Of a stretch of 64,000 bases of DNA, positions 39,355 to 53,420 are shown one piece after another (the first letter of the stretch is position 1; the number at the start of each line of letters is the position of its first letter). Under the pieces are notes generated by a model. The model had not been told where the DNA came from. It did not search any database and saw only the letters and a list, made by a program, of their open reading frames with translations. The translations under genes were made by a program, and so were the position numbers. The DNA comes from Octopus vulgaris (lineage: Eukaryota), in NCBI GenBank assembly GCA_951406725.2, contig OX597824.1:76632001-76696000 (forward strand), written 5' to 3'.

Positions 39355-39421
<67 letters not shown>

Positions 39422-39454
39422 TGATAGATAGATAGATAGATAGGATGACAGGCA

Positions 39455-39902
39455 AACTCAGAATGTAAAGACAGACGAAATACCTATTTCTTTATTACCC
39501 ACAAAGGGCTAAACACAGAAGGGACAAACAAGGACAGACAAACGGATTAAGTCGATTACATCGACCCCAGTGCGTAACACTTACTTAATTTATCGACCTC
39601 AAAAGGATGAAAGACAAAGTCGACCTTCGGCGGAATTTCAACTCAGAACGCAACGGCAGACGAAATACCTATTTCTTTAGTGCCCACAAGGGGCTAAAAC
39701 ACAGAGGAGAAAAACAAGGACAGACAGACGGATTAAGTCAATTATATTGACCCCAGTGCGTAACTGGTACTTAATTTATCGACCCCGAAAGGATGAAAGG
39801 CAAAGTTGACCTTCGGCGGAATTTCATCTCAGAACGTAACGGTAGATGAAATACCGCTAAGCATTTCGTCCCGTGTGTTAACGTTTCTACCAGCTCGCCG
39901 CC
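39455..39902 (-). mobile_element. SINE D tandem multimer
   Basis: Two complete core units and the start of a third. Confidence 0.9.
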
Positions 39903-40471
39903 TTCATTACATTCAAAATATTGAAGTCTTGCAGTGTGGAAATGCTCTGTAGAAATTGTTCCAATTTATTCATTACTGCTGAGTTTAAATCCCATCGAGG
40001 TATACCTTATCTTTCTTCATTAAAAGGTCGGTAAAATAATTAATCATTTAACTCTCTGTCTTTTCACATTTTTTTTTTCCGAAATGTCCATCCATGCTCC
40101 TTTTCAGACTTTTACTTAACACTTGTTTCATACGTTCTGAGTAATATAAAGCTTTCCATACGTAAGATCGAAATTATTCTGGTGGTTGAAAAATTAATTA
40201 GGAATGTGTATCACATATGAAGCAATGACGCCTCTGACACATGTCCTACGTGTTACTTGTGATATGCAGGGCAGCGAAGGAGTTCAGCTCTGTGGACAAT
40301 TCAATAAAGTAGTACCCTAACCACAAATTTCAGATCTTGTGATAATGTTGGATAAAATTACTTATGGCAATGAACTGGTTGATTGAAACAAAAGCAAAAG
40401 CTCACCGACAACGAGGCTGTGAGATATTAGCAGCACACACACACATGTATACATACAACGTAAACAGTAAA

Positions 40472-40728
40472 ACCCCATTCGGTCACGAATGACCTCCGAG
40501 GCATACGAGCCTCCCCTCTCCACGCCACCGATGTTATCCAAGGGAAAGGCAAAGGGGCCGATACAGCTTCGCACTAGTGACGTCTCAGTTCATTTCTACA
40601 GCTGAGTGAACTGGGGTCACGTAAAATAAAGTGTCTTGTTCAAGAACACAACACACAGCCGGGTCTGCGAATCGAACTTACTATCTCATGATTGTGAGCC
40701 CGACGCTGAAGCGACTGAGCTATGTGCC
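40472..40728 (-). mobile_element. SINE family E (internal deletion)
   Basis: Head GGCACATAGCTCAGT..AAGTTCGATTC and E tail. Confidence 0.82.
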
Positions 40729-40804
40729 TTGACATACACATATGCAAAAATACATACATACATATATACACACACACACACATGCATACACACATATATG
40801 TGTA

Positions 40805-41779
40805 GCAAATGAAAGACGGAAGATGGAATATACGAGAATTCATTAATCACGACAATTGTTTCAGCACATGGGTAGGACATTCAACAACTAGTTCAGATGT
40901 ATCCGGTGGTGCAGATGTATCTCAGTGTGCGATAAATAGACACAATTCGTTAAAATAACAGTTCCGCAATGCAACTTCTCGTTTTGTAGAAATAAAAGCA
41001 GCCAGATGGAGGAAATATCTTCATTTATGTAGAAGATTAAAAATAAAATCACAGTTGGAAAAAAAGGGAAATGAACACGCAATATGAGCGAGTGTACTCG
41101 CGTCATGCAGCTTGCCCTAGGGCGTTTATACATCCATATTTGTTACCGGTTATTTTTAATACTTTTCTCCTTGTATTGCGTGTTCGTTTCTCTGTTTTCC
41201 ATTTGTGATTTTAATTTTGATCTTCTATATAAATTCAGATATTTCCTCCGTTTGGCTGCTTTTCTTTCTATAAAACGAGAAGTTACATTGGAACTGTTAT
41301 TTTAACGAGTTGTGTCTATTTACCACTAGATGAGATACGTCTGCACCGCCCGATGCTTCTGCACCACTTGTTACTGTCCCACACGTGAGGGATGTGGAGG
41401 CACATGGCCTAGTGGTTAGAGCAGCGGACTCGCAGTCGAGGGATCGCGGGTTCGAATCTCAGACCCGGCAATGTGTGTGTTTATGAGCAAAACACTTAAG
41501 CTCCACGACGCTCCGGCAGAAGGTAATGGCGAACTTCTGCTGACTCTTTTGCCACAACTTTCTCTCATTCTTTCCTCCTACATCTTGCAGCTCACCTGCG
41601 ACGGACCGGCGTCCCGTCCAGGTGGGGAACCTACACGCCTAGGAAACCGGGAGACCGGCCCTTATCAGCCAGGCATGGCTCGAGAAAGAACAACTCGTGA
41701 GGGATCCGTGCTAGATGTGTCGCAACAATTGTCGTGATTAATAAATTCTCATATATTCCATCTTCAGTCTTTCATTTGC
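40805..41779. mobile_element. Long foldback element (~280 bp arms, ~80 bp spacer) with a SINE in the right arm
   Basis: 40805-41088 mirrors 41170-41390 plus 41706-41779. Confidence 0.85.
41394..41695 (+). mobile_element. SINE with B-like head and a third tail type (B3), 10 bp TSD
   Basis: CGTGAGGGAT at 41384 and 41696; a tail fragment also occurs near 32203-32250. Confidence 0.88.
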
Positions 41780-42151
41780 CATGTATATAACGATCACCAT
41801 GAGAGTGACTGTACTTTACCAGTAAACTACCAGTTGTAAACCATTCGTCTTATTATCCAAACACACACACACACACACACACACATAAATGTAGATGGTG
41901 CATTGGCCGTTGGTTTTATTTCTTCACTATGGTTGTAGTTTCATGTAATTTTGTAATTGTTAATGATAATTCGACGGGGACGTTCAGTTACTTTTATTTC
42001 GCATAGGCGAGTTCAGATGTACTTTTGATTACTTGCAAATCTCTCTTCCCATCTCTATCTCTCTTTCTCGCTTTTCCCGTGTTTGTTTGTTCCTCTGTCT
42101 GTCTGTCTGTCTCTCTTTCTCTCTCCCTCTCTCTCCCTTTATCTCTATATT

Positions 42152-42192
<41 letters not shown>

Positions 42193-42424
42193 ATATAAAC
42201 GTATGCGTGTATATGTATACGCACACATATACATATATGGACACATGCACACATATATGTATGTGTGTATATATATAAATACATATATTCATATATATAT
42301 ATATTGATGTATCTATGTATATATGTGTGTATATATATATACATATATATATACACACATATATATATGTATACATATATATATATATATGTATATATAT
42401 ATTATATATATATAATATATATAC

Positions 42425-42506
<82 letters not shown>

Positions 42507-42586
42507 GAGTGTTTCTGTGTGCGTTGATATCATTATAGATAAAGCTATGTAAATATAAAATAATCATATAAACTAAGGCAGATATA

Positions 42587-42620
<34 letters not shown>

Positions 42621-43224
42621 TTGTCTGAGTATAATTTTAAAGTGTCGATATTGTATGTAAGTTTATGCTAATTCATTGTAATTTTCTCTTTGTTAGGCAA
42701 AGGAAGTTTTTTATTTTTTTCATTTATATTTCGCGCTTTCAAGTGGAGGCAGCAACAAATAAAGGCTTGAACAAAAAAAAAATGGTGATGATGATGAAGA
42801 AGAATAAGAAGACGGAGGAGGAGGAGGAGGAGGAGAAGAGGAAGAAAAGTACGCCAATGATTTTTAATCGCTATGGATGGACTCGAACAGGTTTCTGAAA
42901 TTATATAGATATATCTTCTGCTTTTTGATCTTTCCAGATATTTCTATTGTATTATACATATATGAATGCCAAATCGATATCAAAGAGAACGAACCCACCC
43001 ACCCACACACACATACAGAAATTTTTTTAAAATTAGCATGTTTAACCCTTAGCTTATATCTGTTTTACTTCGTTATCTACCTTCTTCTCTCACCTTCTCT
43101 CTGTGTCTCTGTCTCTGTCTGTCTCTCATGCACACTGTTGTTTGTATCCCCTTTACTTCGACTTTGGAATTTAAATAGACAAAGGAACGTTGAGGCAAAA
43201 TATATACATATATATATATGTATA

Positions 43225-43389
43225 GGCGCAGGAGTGGCTGTGTGGTAAGTAGCTTGCTAACCAACCACATAGTTCCGGGTTCAGTCACACTGCGTGGCAT
43301 CGTGGGCAAGTGTCTTCTGCTATAGCCCCGGGCCGACCAATGCCTTGTTAGTGGATTTGATAGACGGAAACTGAAAGAAGCTTGTCGTA

Positions 43390-43466
<77 letters not shown>

Positions 43467-43690
43467 ATGTGTTTGTGTGTCTGTGTTTGTCTCCCTAGCA
43501 TTGCTTGACAACCGATGCTGGTGTGTTTACGTCCCCGTCAATTAGCGGTTCGGCAAAAGTGACCGATAGAATAAGTACTGGGCTTACAAAGAATAAGTCT
43601 CGGGGTCGATTTGCTCGACTAAAGGCGGTGCTCCAGCATGGCCACAGTCAAATGACTGAAACAAGTAAACGAGTAAAAGAGTAAAAAAGT
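43225..43690 (+). mobile_element. SINE family A
   Basis: Full-length match. Confidence 0.93.
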
Positions 43691-43742
43691 ATGTATGTAT
43701 GTATGTATGTATGTATGTATGTATGTATGTGTGTGGGTGTCG

Positions 43743-43773
<31 letters not shown>

Positions 43774-44239
43774 TGTCTACGTGTGCGTATTATTTAGCAT
43801 GACAAAGAAGTGTGAAGCTGCTGTTTTGTTTGTTTGCATTTTGACATTGTGTGCGTGTGTATATGAGCGTATGTGTGTGAGCGCTTGTGTGTATGAATAA
43901 AATGCTTAAAATGCAATGAGAGTATTTTTGGTGGAATTGTTCTAACTATTTAAAATGCCTTCCATAACAAGTCCATGATATGTTTTACGAGACACAGAAA
44001 AGAGTAAAATATAGAAATACGAATCAGACGCATCTTTTTTATGTATGTTTTAACGTCTGCCTACGAAAATAAGCAAGCATGTCCAAGTACATTTACGGAT
44101 ATTTGGTTATAGTTATTTATGAGTGAAAAATATGCATAAAGCATTATGCTAGAAGTTTAGACCGTGTGGCAGTCATTGTATAGCAGCCATGCTGGGGCAC
44201 CCCCTCGAAGAATTTTATTCGAACAAATCGATTCCGTCA

Positions 44240-44296
<57 letters not shown>

Positions 44297-44600
44297 ATAC
44301 TTAGTCATTATTTTGTTATTAAGATAAAAAATAATCGGCCTTGTAAACAATTTTAGACCTGGGTTTACACTTGGTAAGCAGATTTTCTTCCTGCACTTAT
44401 GCCTGCATTGGAGTGTATGTAGATGTCTTCAAAACTAAACTGGGTCTCCTAATATCAAGAGTCCCGGATGATCCAATTTCATGGAATTAGGATAATATCG
44501 AAATTCCACATTTACTAAAAGAGGATTAATGAAGGTGTAGCAACACCGGTTGGTAGTGCTTCAGCTTGACCACAGCTCTTGAGCTGTAACTAGTAAAGGG

Positions 44601-44654
<54 letters not shown>

Positions 44655-44763
44655 TGACACAATTTTTTTGAAGTCTGGTTCTTATTCTTTCCTTCACTAA
44701 TGCTGAACCGCTATGCTCCTTGAAAACTCCAACACTGCTTGTCAAGCGGTGGAGGAGGGGTGA

Positions 44764-44844
<81 letters not shown>

Positions 44845-44875
44845 ACACACACACACACACACACACTGGCAAATA

Positions 44876-45622
44876 CACATAGCGTTCGTGCTGAATTTGT
44901 CAGTTTGCATAAAAGGAACTGAAAACCCAATATCTCGCCCCAAAATAAAGTTGTTTTTTTTAAATCTGAAAAAGTATAAACTAGACTATGGTTGGGAGAT
45001 AACAGTTTACTCAAAGTAACCTCTCTCAGCTTCCACCATGGCTTCAAGATGACACCGTAACCCAAACTGTGTATTCCTCGCTCTGTCCCTGGTGAGATCT
45101 TCGATCATCACCTTGTTCCTAGCCGCCAGATGGGCCTTGGTCTTGCAGACAATGCAGTTGTTGTCTTTTCCAGTCGTGCCACACACATTGTAATCCATGG
45201 AATAACAATCGCGGGAATTAGAAGGCCAGAAATTGGGGTTTGTGCTGAGCTGAGCTTAAGGCCCAGTAAAAAAAATGTAGGGTAGCGTTATGTTGTCTTC
45301 ATTGGACACATATCCAAAACCGGCACAATTTGGGGGAACGTGGTTTTCATGATGTCCATGCCACATCTTACTGCCTTTACAATGTTCAGAGAGCACTGGG
45401 GAGCCGTCATGATACCGGCATTTTGATATCCGGCACGAATCATCAGGATACCGGTAACTAGATTTTAGTATTCAGAAGGCTTTCAGCCTTCCATGTCATT
45501 TAACTTTTCTCAGCTGCAACTTTAACCTTTATGCTCTCCATCCAAAGTATTCGCCAAAATATGAGGCTATTGCTGAAAAAAAAGGAATAATAAAAATCGC
45601 CAAATTAGCCTAAACATTTTGT
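44876..45622 (-). mobile_element. Third maT-like relic (different subfamily)
   Basis: PNFWPSNSRDCYSMDYNVCG..HLEAMVEAERGYFE* and an upstream frameshifted MKTTFPQIV/GYVSNED motif. Confidence 0.7.
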
Positions 45623-45815
45623 CCATACATACATACATACATACATACATACATACATACATACATACATACATACATGCATACATTCATACATACATAC
45701 ATACATACATACATACATACATACATACATTCATATATACATACATATATCCAGTTAATGTCTTACGAGTGAATTTGGCAGATGGAAACTGAGTGGAAGC
45801 CTTTATAAATGTATA

Positions 45816-45907
<92 letters not shown>

Positions 45908-45982
45908 AACACACGCGCACACAAACACACACACGCACACACACACACAGACATACACACACACACACACACGCACACACAC

Positions 45983-46013
<31 letters not shown>

Positions 46014-46210
46014 ACTCCATATTTCACAACATAGTGAAGACATGACTCGATGTAGGTAAAGAAATTTGAAAAGAAAATGCGAAACCGGTTATTTCTCTAA
46101 AAACTATGTTACTATACGCAAAATTTTCTAACATTTTTCTAACATAACGACTTAAATATATTCTTTAACCATATAACACAAGTCTTCGGTAGTTTTTTCA
46201 CTCTTTCTTG

Positions 46211-46242
<32 letters not shown>

Positions 46243-46474
46243 CATACATACGAAGGGCTTCCACTCAGTTTCGATCTGCCAAATTCACTCATAAGACATT
46301 AACTGGATCAAAAACCTGTGCAGTAGATCTGAACTAGAAACTACATGGCCGCGAAGGGAACAACCATGTCTGTGCCTAAATGTTAGCATAAATGTTCAAA
46401 GTGGCACATGCATAGTTACATGCACACGCACTTCTGCCTGTACGTAAATGCGTATATATATCCCGAATATTTAG

Positions 46475-46707
46475 GGCGGCGAGCTGGCAGAAACGTTAGC
46501 ACGCCGGGCGAAATGCGTAGCCGTATTTCGTCTGCCGTTATGTTCTGAGTTCAAATTCCGCCGAGGTCGACTTTGCCTTTCATCCTTTCGAGGTCGATAA
46601 ATTAAGTACCAGTTACGCACTGGCTTCGATGTAATCAACTTAATCCGTTTGTCTGTCCTTCTTTGTCCTCTCTGTGTTTGGCCTCTTGTGGGTTGTAAAG
46701 AAATAGG
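46475..46707 (+). mobile_element. SINE family D with 13 bp TSD
   Basis: TATCCCGAATATT at 46459 and 46708. Confidence 0.93.
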
Positions 46708-47175
46708 TATCCCGAATATTAATTAAGCGGTGAGTGTGTCGTAGATTTCGTATGGATGCTGCAAGATTTTGTCTGTAGAGTGTAAATATCTTTATACAGG
46801 TTTCAGTTCTATTTAAAGAGTGAGAGATGGAGGGAGAGAAAGAAAGAGAGAGAGAGTGGGGGTGATTTAGAATGATATTGAGCTTATCTTCAGAATTAGG
46901 ATGTCTTGTTTGTTGAATGGAATTGCTTTCTTGTTTGCAAAAGAAACAGGTCAAAGCTTTAAATACGGTGGTAAGGTTTCACTCTGTTTAAGATATCCAT
47001 GTGATGTTATAAGGGATAATGGACGCTTTTAAGTGCAAAGGATGACCGGTTATCTGTTCTTTTGTCATATCACTTAATGTTTCTCCCTATAGATGTTACT
47101 TAAGACAATGTTTGATTTCACTAAAATTTATCCACAAATGCTAGAAAAAAAATTTGTCCTGATATATACGAAGTA

Positions 47176-47379
47176 CCGTATTTGACGGCATATAGGAAGC
47201 ACTTTTTTTCCAAAAAATTTGGCTAAAAAAATCGCCCTGCGTCTAATATGCGAAGTCAAGACCCTCCCGTAGGCTAATCTTCTCCCAGACGCTCACTAAC
47301 CTAGCTTACGATAAGTATTTCTACCTACGCTAACGCCTTAATGATATTTTCCGTACTCATGCATCATTATTTTATTGCT

Positions 47380-47419
<40 letters not shown>

Positions 47420-47886
47420 GTATTATTACTTTAAAATACGAATTATCGTAAAAATCAAAGCAATCTACCGTAAATTGTTAGGCTGCGATCCATGACACAC
47501 GTTTACTAATATCAGCTGATCGGAACCCTAACTCGATGCCATCTGACGGTGAGGAGTAAAGCTACATGATCGTTGCGAGTTCGTGTATATACGGAGGTAG
47601 GTTGGATATCTTGGTACAACAAAGTTTATGATCATAACAAAACACACTACAACAGTACAAGCACCCTCACGGTTATGGCAACACCCTCACGGCTACTGCA
47701 ATTTGTATGCTTTCCTTTTGTATGCTTGCTTTTATACAGCAATATTTTCTGCTTTTGTAATGAGCTGCTAGACTGCTTTCAACAATATATGCTTAAATAC
47801 ACTTAAAACTTTTTTTCCTGAATTTGACCTGCTGAAATGAGGGTGCGTCTAATATGCCAGTGCGTCTAATATGCCGTCAAATACGG
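47176..47886. mobile_element. Tc2/pogo-like MITE
   Basis: TA|CCGTATTTGACGGCATAT at the left end and ATATGCCGTCAAATACGG|TA at the right end; subterminal TGCGTCTAATATGC repeats. Confidence 0.9.
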
Positions 47887-48497
47887 TATATCATGTCAGA
47901 GAATTTGTTTCTGCGTTGGAGTTTATGTTGATTAGTCAAATATTTTATCTCATAAAGGAACGGAGTGGGGTAGAGTAGATTAAAGTCTATGAGGTAGATG
48001 AGTTAGATGATGTTGTTAGATGATGTTGTGAATTTGGGAATAGATTTTTTGAGGAAGCAAGAATTGTAGTTTGTATGGTAGGTTATACCAGGTAGTTTCA
48101 TATTTTGTTCTTTTATCAACAAATGTGTGTTGGTGTGCATTTGTTCTGATCTTCGAGACTTCTTAGTTGAAGATTGTGTCTGCAGTTGTACCTGTTTGTA
48201 CTGAAGAGGGCGCCATTGTCTGACAAAACCATTTTCGAGATTGTGTTTTGTTTTTAGTTTTTGATAATGAAAAGATATGTGATGCATGCATGCATTAGGT
48301 TGTTCATTAAGTTGTTGTCTCCTGCGACTATGGAATTATTAAGGCCTATTGATATGTCCTTGATGTTGATAAAGCCAACATCCCTATAAAGGCCTCCTTA
48401 AAAAATGGGGGGTGGGGGAACAGGAATTTAGTGTTTACAGTGTATAGAATGGTCTATCTGGATCAGATAACCCTTTAGAGTCGCATACCTGGGATGT

Positions 48498-48875
48498 TAC
48501 TCTTTACTCTTTACTCTTTTACTTGTTTCAGTCATTTGACTGCGGCCATGCTGGAGCACCACCTTTTAGTACTTATTCTATCGGTCTTTTTTTGCCGAAC
48601 CGCTAAGTGACGGGGACGTAAACACACCAGCATCGGTTGTCAAGCAATGCTAGGGGGATAAACACACACACAAATACACACACATACACATATATATATA
48701 TATACATATATACGACGGGCTTCTTTCAGTTTCCGTCTACCAAATCCACTCACAAGGCATTGGTCGGCCCGGGGCTATAGCAGAAGACACTTGCTCAAGA
48801 TGCCACGCAGTGGGACTGAACCCGCAACTGTGTGGTTGGTTAGCAAGCTACTTACCACACAGCCACTCCTGCGCC
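48498..48875 (-). mobile_element. SINE family A
   Basis: Match with a short internal deletion. Confidence 0.92.
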
Positions 48876-48891
48876 TATTCTTGAGAATTTA

Positions 48892-49051
48892 CCTTAATCC
48901 ACAAATTTCTTTCGTATAATAGTAGAAATTTTCTGGCCTGTAGAACAATAATCTTAGCTTTCTTTGGAAATTTCCTTAATCCACAGATTTCTTTCGTATA
49001 ATAGTAGAAATTTTCTGGCCTGTAGAATAATAATCTTATCTTTCTTGGAAA
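48892..49051. repeat. Tandem duplication of about 81 bp
   Basis: CCTTAATCCACA.ATTTCTTTCGTATAATAGTAG...TTGGAAA occurs twice. Confidence 0.9.
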
Positions 49052-49248
49052 CAGGCATCAACTGGTTTGCGTGCTAGAATGCTTCTCTAAGGCGTTTCGT
49101 TGAGATAGGCAGGTAGTAATTATTGATGTTAAAATGGAAGAACTGACGTCCTTTTTGTTTTATGCTAACTTGAATTATTCTCTAAATTCAATTAATCCAA
49201 ATTAGCCACCTTATAAAATTTAAAGCATTCTCTACACATTCATACGCC

Positions 49249-49316
<68 letters not shown>

Positions 49317-50074
49317 ACACACACACACACACTCATCTATCCATACATATATATTCACTCTCTGCAACCTTCATCTATTATTCATCGCATATCAACTCTA
49401 AGATTTAAACACTACTTTTATATTCTATAGCAAAGGAACATTAATTGATATCACTAGCAAAGAAAAATATATTTAATTTCAATCATTCCCTAAATTTGAT
49501 TATATCAACATACCCACCCCTTCAACACTAAAATACATTCTACACACTCAAACGCATACGCTCGCACAAATCACACATACACGTTTATTCCTTCGGTTTT
49601 CTTCTATTGCCTACTGCCATATCAAATTTATCATCTAAAATACACCTGCTAAACAATCGTTTCCTGTGTAGGCATAAGGCTGGCAATTTTGATGGAAAGC
49701 TATAAATTGATTCTATTTGCCTCACTATTTGCCTAGAACCTTTTTAAAATAAAGTATTTTCGGAACGGTGAATCCCGAAGCACACAATGCATTTAAATTA
49801 TAGCATGTAAATATTTGGATAAATAAATTCTTTGGCTAAAAAGTCAAAACCTTCGACTTTTTTCTATACACAGACTTCATTTTTCACCCAGTATTTACAT
49901 GTTATTATTTAAAGCATTGTTTCCTTCAAAATTCGCTGTTTCTAAAAGGATTTATTTTACATTCCCGAAGTTTTTATGATATCAATAAATGACTTTATTT
50001 TGTTGACTTTGAGAGATTGAAAGTTGACTTTTGTGAGTCGGAGCGTGAGAGATGCTTTTCGACGTTCTAACAAT

Positions 50075-50335
50075 TACAGGCACATATTGGATTGGTCTCG
50101 TGTTCATATGTTTAATCTTGGCGTACCTGCTGAAGGAGACTTCGCTAAGAAAATTATTTTATTTCCTAAATAAAGTCAGAAACCATGGTCCAAGAAATAG
50201 ATGGTAAATGTTTTTAATTTTCTTTCCTTTCGAGAATTTATCCCTAATTAGTGGTTTGGACTTTAACTGTTCTTTCTAGAATAAAGGATTCATATGAAGG
50301 AAACCTCTTAATGTGTTTAAATGTACACTGTATTT
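50075..50335 (+). mobile_element. Second copy of the 8927-9528 hammerhead element; hammerhead at 50123-50195
   Basis: GUACCUG-CUGAAGG-AGACUU..AAGUC-A-GAAA-CCAUGG-UC-CAAGA; flanks homologous to the reverse complement of 8927-9180. Confidence 0.72.
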
Positions 50336-50558
50336 TTTTTGCTTTCTTCCTATTTCCGCGTATACATGTGCATATATTTCCTATGTGCAGCCCAAGCAGT
50401 TTTATCTGCTTATTGGCGTCATTGTCTCCATATCAGCTCACCTGGATTCGTCTTATGGCCACTCTTTACCCCACACGGACTCGGTTCTCGGTAAAGTTTT
50501 CGGAGTGCAAGTTTAAGTTCAAAGTGTGTTCTATATTGAGCACTAATTGATCTCACCT

Positions 50559-50647
<89 letters not shown>

Positions 50648-50652
<5 letters not shown>

Positions 50653-51867
50653 ACGACTTTATCGTCACTCGGGCTCATCACAAATTTTATCACTGGGGCT
50701 CTTCACAAATTTCACATAAGACACATACCTGCTCAAAGAATTTCACGTTTTTCCGCAATATTTCTAACCCCAATTTGCTTGAGCTATTTTATACATAGCA
50801 CAATGTCTTTCTCCTTTTCTAAGTTAAGGATAGAAATAAGCAATCCTGCAAAATACAACTGATCTTTACTCACAGATGCACAAAATAACAGCAATCAAAT
50901 AACGACAGCGAAGTGGACAACAAACACCAGCGATCTGACCGTCGCCTGTACTCTTGATAAGAGATGCCAGTTAGTCTTTTCCACCTACTAGGCTCGTTCG
51001 TATTAGCCCGAGTTGCTGGATAATTTTCATCCTTTTAAGAATATTGTAGAACGGAAACTATTCATAGATTGGAATTTAAATCCTAATCTCTAATAGACAA
51101 TTATCGTTTCAAGAAAACATTGAATTTGAATTACTTTTAATTTTTACGATTATAGGCGCAGGAGTGGCTGTGTGGTAAGTAGCTTGACTACCAACCACAT
51201 GGTTCTGGGTTCAGTCCCACTGCGTGGCATCTTGGGCAAGTGTCTTCTGCTATAGCCTCGGGCCGACCAATGCCTTGTGAGTGGATTTGGTAGACGGAAA
51301 CTGAAAGAAGCCTGTCGTATATATGTATATATATGTATGTATATGTTTGTGTGTCTGTGTTTGTCCCTCTAGCATTGCTTGACACACCGATGCTGGTGTG
51401 TTTACGTCCCCGTCACTTAGCGGTTCGGCAAAAGTGACTGATAGAATAAGTACTGGGCTTACAAAGAATAAGTCCCGGGGTCGATTTGCTCGACTAAAGG
51501 CGGTGCTCCAGCATGGCCGCAGTCAAATGACTGAAACAAGTAAAAAAGTAAAGAGTAAAAGAGAGATAGATAACAACTCGGACTGTAACTTCTGAGCCCG
51601 AGTCAGGCGCGTGTGAACGATGTCTAGAGAATGTATACTACGAATGATATTTTTTGACACAGGGTACCTCTTAGACGACAGCCAGACGCTGAACGAAGAT
51701 AAATGAACTGCAACTAGGCTCATTGAAAGGAGCCCGATTTATGGGCTGAAATTACATACTTGATGTCAGTGTTGGTAGAAATTAAATCAGCTTGCAAATA
51801 CACGTTCACTTTACTAAATTTATACTCGGGCTAAGCCAACACAGCCCGAGTGCCGGAGTCGCCACTA
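50648..51867. mobile_element. Decayed hAT-like non-autonomous element containing a SINE
   Basis: CAGAGACGACT..CACTCGGGCT at the left end versus AGCCCGAGTG..AGTCGCCACTA at the right end; repeated AGCCCGAG motifs. Confidence 0.45.
51155..51562 (+). mobile_element. SINE family A
   Basis: Full-length match. Confidence 0.93.
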
Positions 51868-51885
51868 ATGTATATATATACATAT

Positions 51886-52065
51886 GAGTGGCTGTGTGGT
51901 AAGAAGCTTGCTTCCCAAACCACATGGTTTCAGATTCAGTCCCACTGCGTGGCACCTTGGGCAAGCATCTTCTACTATAACCTCAGGCCGACCAAAGCCT
52001 TGTGAGTGGATTTGGTAAACGGAAACTGAAAGAAATCCATCTTATATATGTATATGTATATGAAA

Positions 52066-52106
<41 letters not shown>

Positions 52107-52332
52107 AATGTGTGTGTGTGTGCGTGTGTGTGTGTGTGTGTGTGAGTGTTTTGTCCCGCCAACATCACTTGACAACCGATGCTGGTGTGTTTACGTCCCC
52201 GTAACTTAGCAGTTCGGTAAAATAGTAAGTCCTAGGCTTACAAAGAATAAGTCCTGGGGTCGATTTCCTCGACTAAAAGCGGTGCTCCAACATGGCCGCA
52301 GTCAAATGACTGAAACAAGTAAAAGAGTAAAA
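51886..52332 (+). mobile_element. SINE family A
   Basis: Near full-length match. Confidence 0.9.
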
Positions 52333-52789
52333 GGGTATATAACATGAGAGTGAGAGAGAGAGAGAGGGAGAGAAAGAGAAAGAGAAAGAGAAAAAAAGAG
52401 AGAAAGAAAGAGAGAGAGAGAAAGAAACTGAGGTGGGAGGAAGGGAGATAACCAAAATGACGAAACAACACAAGAAACCAGTGTGATATATGGCTACATT
52501 GAAATATCAATAAAGCCGGAGAAATTTGTTTAGGTTAAAGGAAAGTGGAGAGCGGGAAGATAAAGAAGAGGAAGGGAAAACGGGCAAATGAATTAAGCAT
52601 ACGAAATAAATAGATAGATAAATAAACAAACAGCGAAACGAGTGGAATAAATTAATGGGTAAATACATTGATTAATAGATAAATAACCGGAGTTGTAGAG
52701 GAGGTAAAATGTTTTAAAGAGTAGTTTTGTAAATGATTGATTATAATCTTTATCTTCATCATCTTCGCATTCGTTATCATCGTTGAATT

Positions 52790-53157
52790 TGTAATCACCA
52801 TCACCATCACCATCATCATCATCATCATCATCATCATGGTTATCATCATGATCGTCGTCATCGTCATCATCGTCGTCATCATCATCGTCGTCATCGTCGT
52901 CGTTGTCATCGCCATGATCATCGCCATCCCTCATCAACATTATTATCGTTGCCGTCGTGGTTGTCTTCGTTGGTATCCCTCCCCTTCCCCTCCTCCTCCA
53001 CCTCCTCCTCTTCATCATCATCATCATCATCGTCACCACCGTCATCACCAGCAACATCTGCATCACTATCAACTTCATTATTGTCATCATTATCAGTGTC
53101 AGCATCAGCGTCTTCGTCATCGTCTTCATCATCATCATCATCATCACCACCACCACC

Positions 53158-53191
<34 letters not shown>

Positions 53192-53387
53192 TCATCACCA
53201 TCATCATCATTATCACCATCACCACCACCACCACCACCACCACCACCACCACCACCACCACCACCACCACCACCACCACCACCACCACCACTATCATCAT
53301 CAGCAGCAGCAACAGCAGAGCATGGTCGTTGTAAACAACACCATTCTCCTCCTCTTCATCACATCAGCATCATCATCATCATCACCT

Positions 53388-53419
<32 letters not shown>

Positions 53420-53420
53420 T
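52790..53420. repeat. Compound (CAT)/(CAC)/(CGT)/(CAG) triplet repeat field
   Basis: Directly visible; source of the poly-H, poly-P and poly-T ORFs. Confidence 0.95.

Noticed and set aside
48201-48230. CTGAAGA hammerhead-like start
   Set aside because: Weak G.U-rich stem II, GACA instead of GAAA and no stem I
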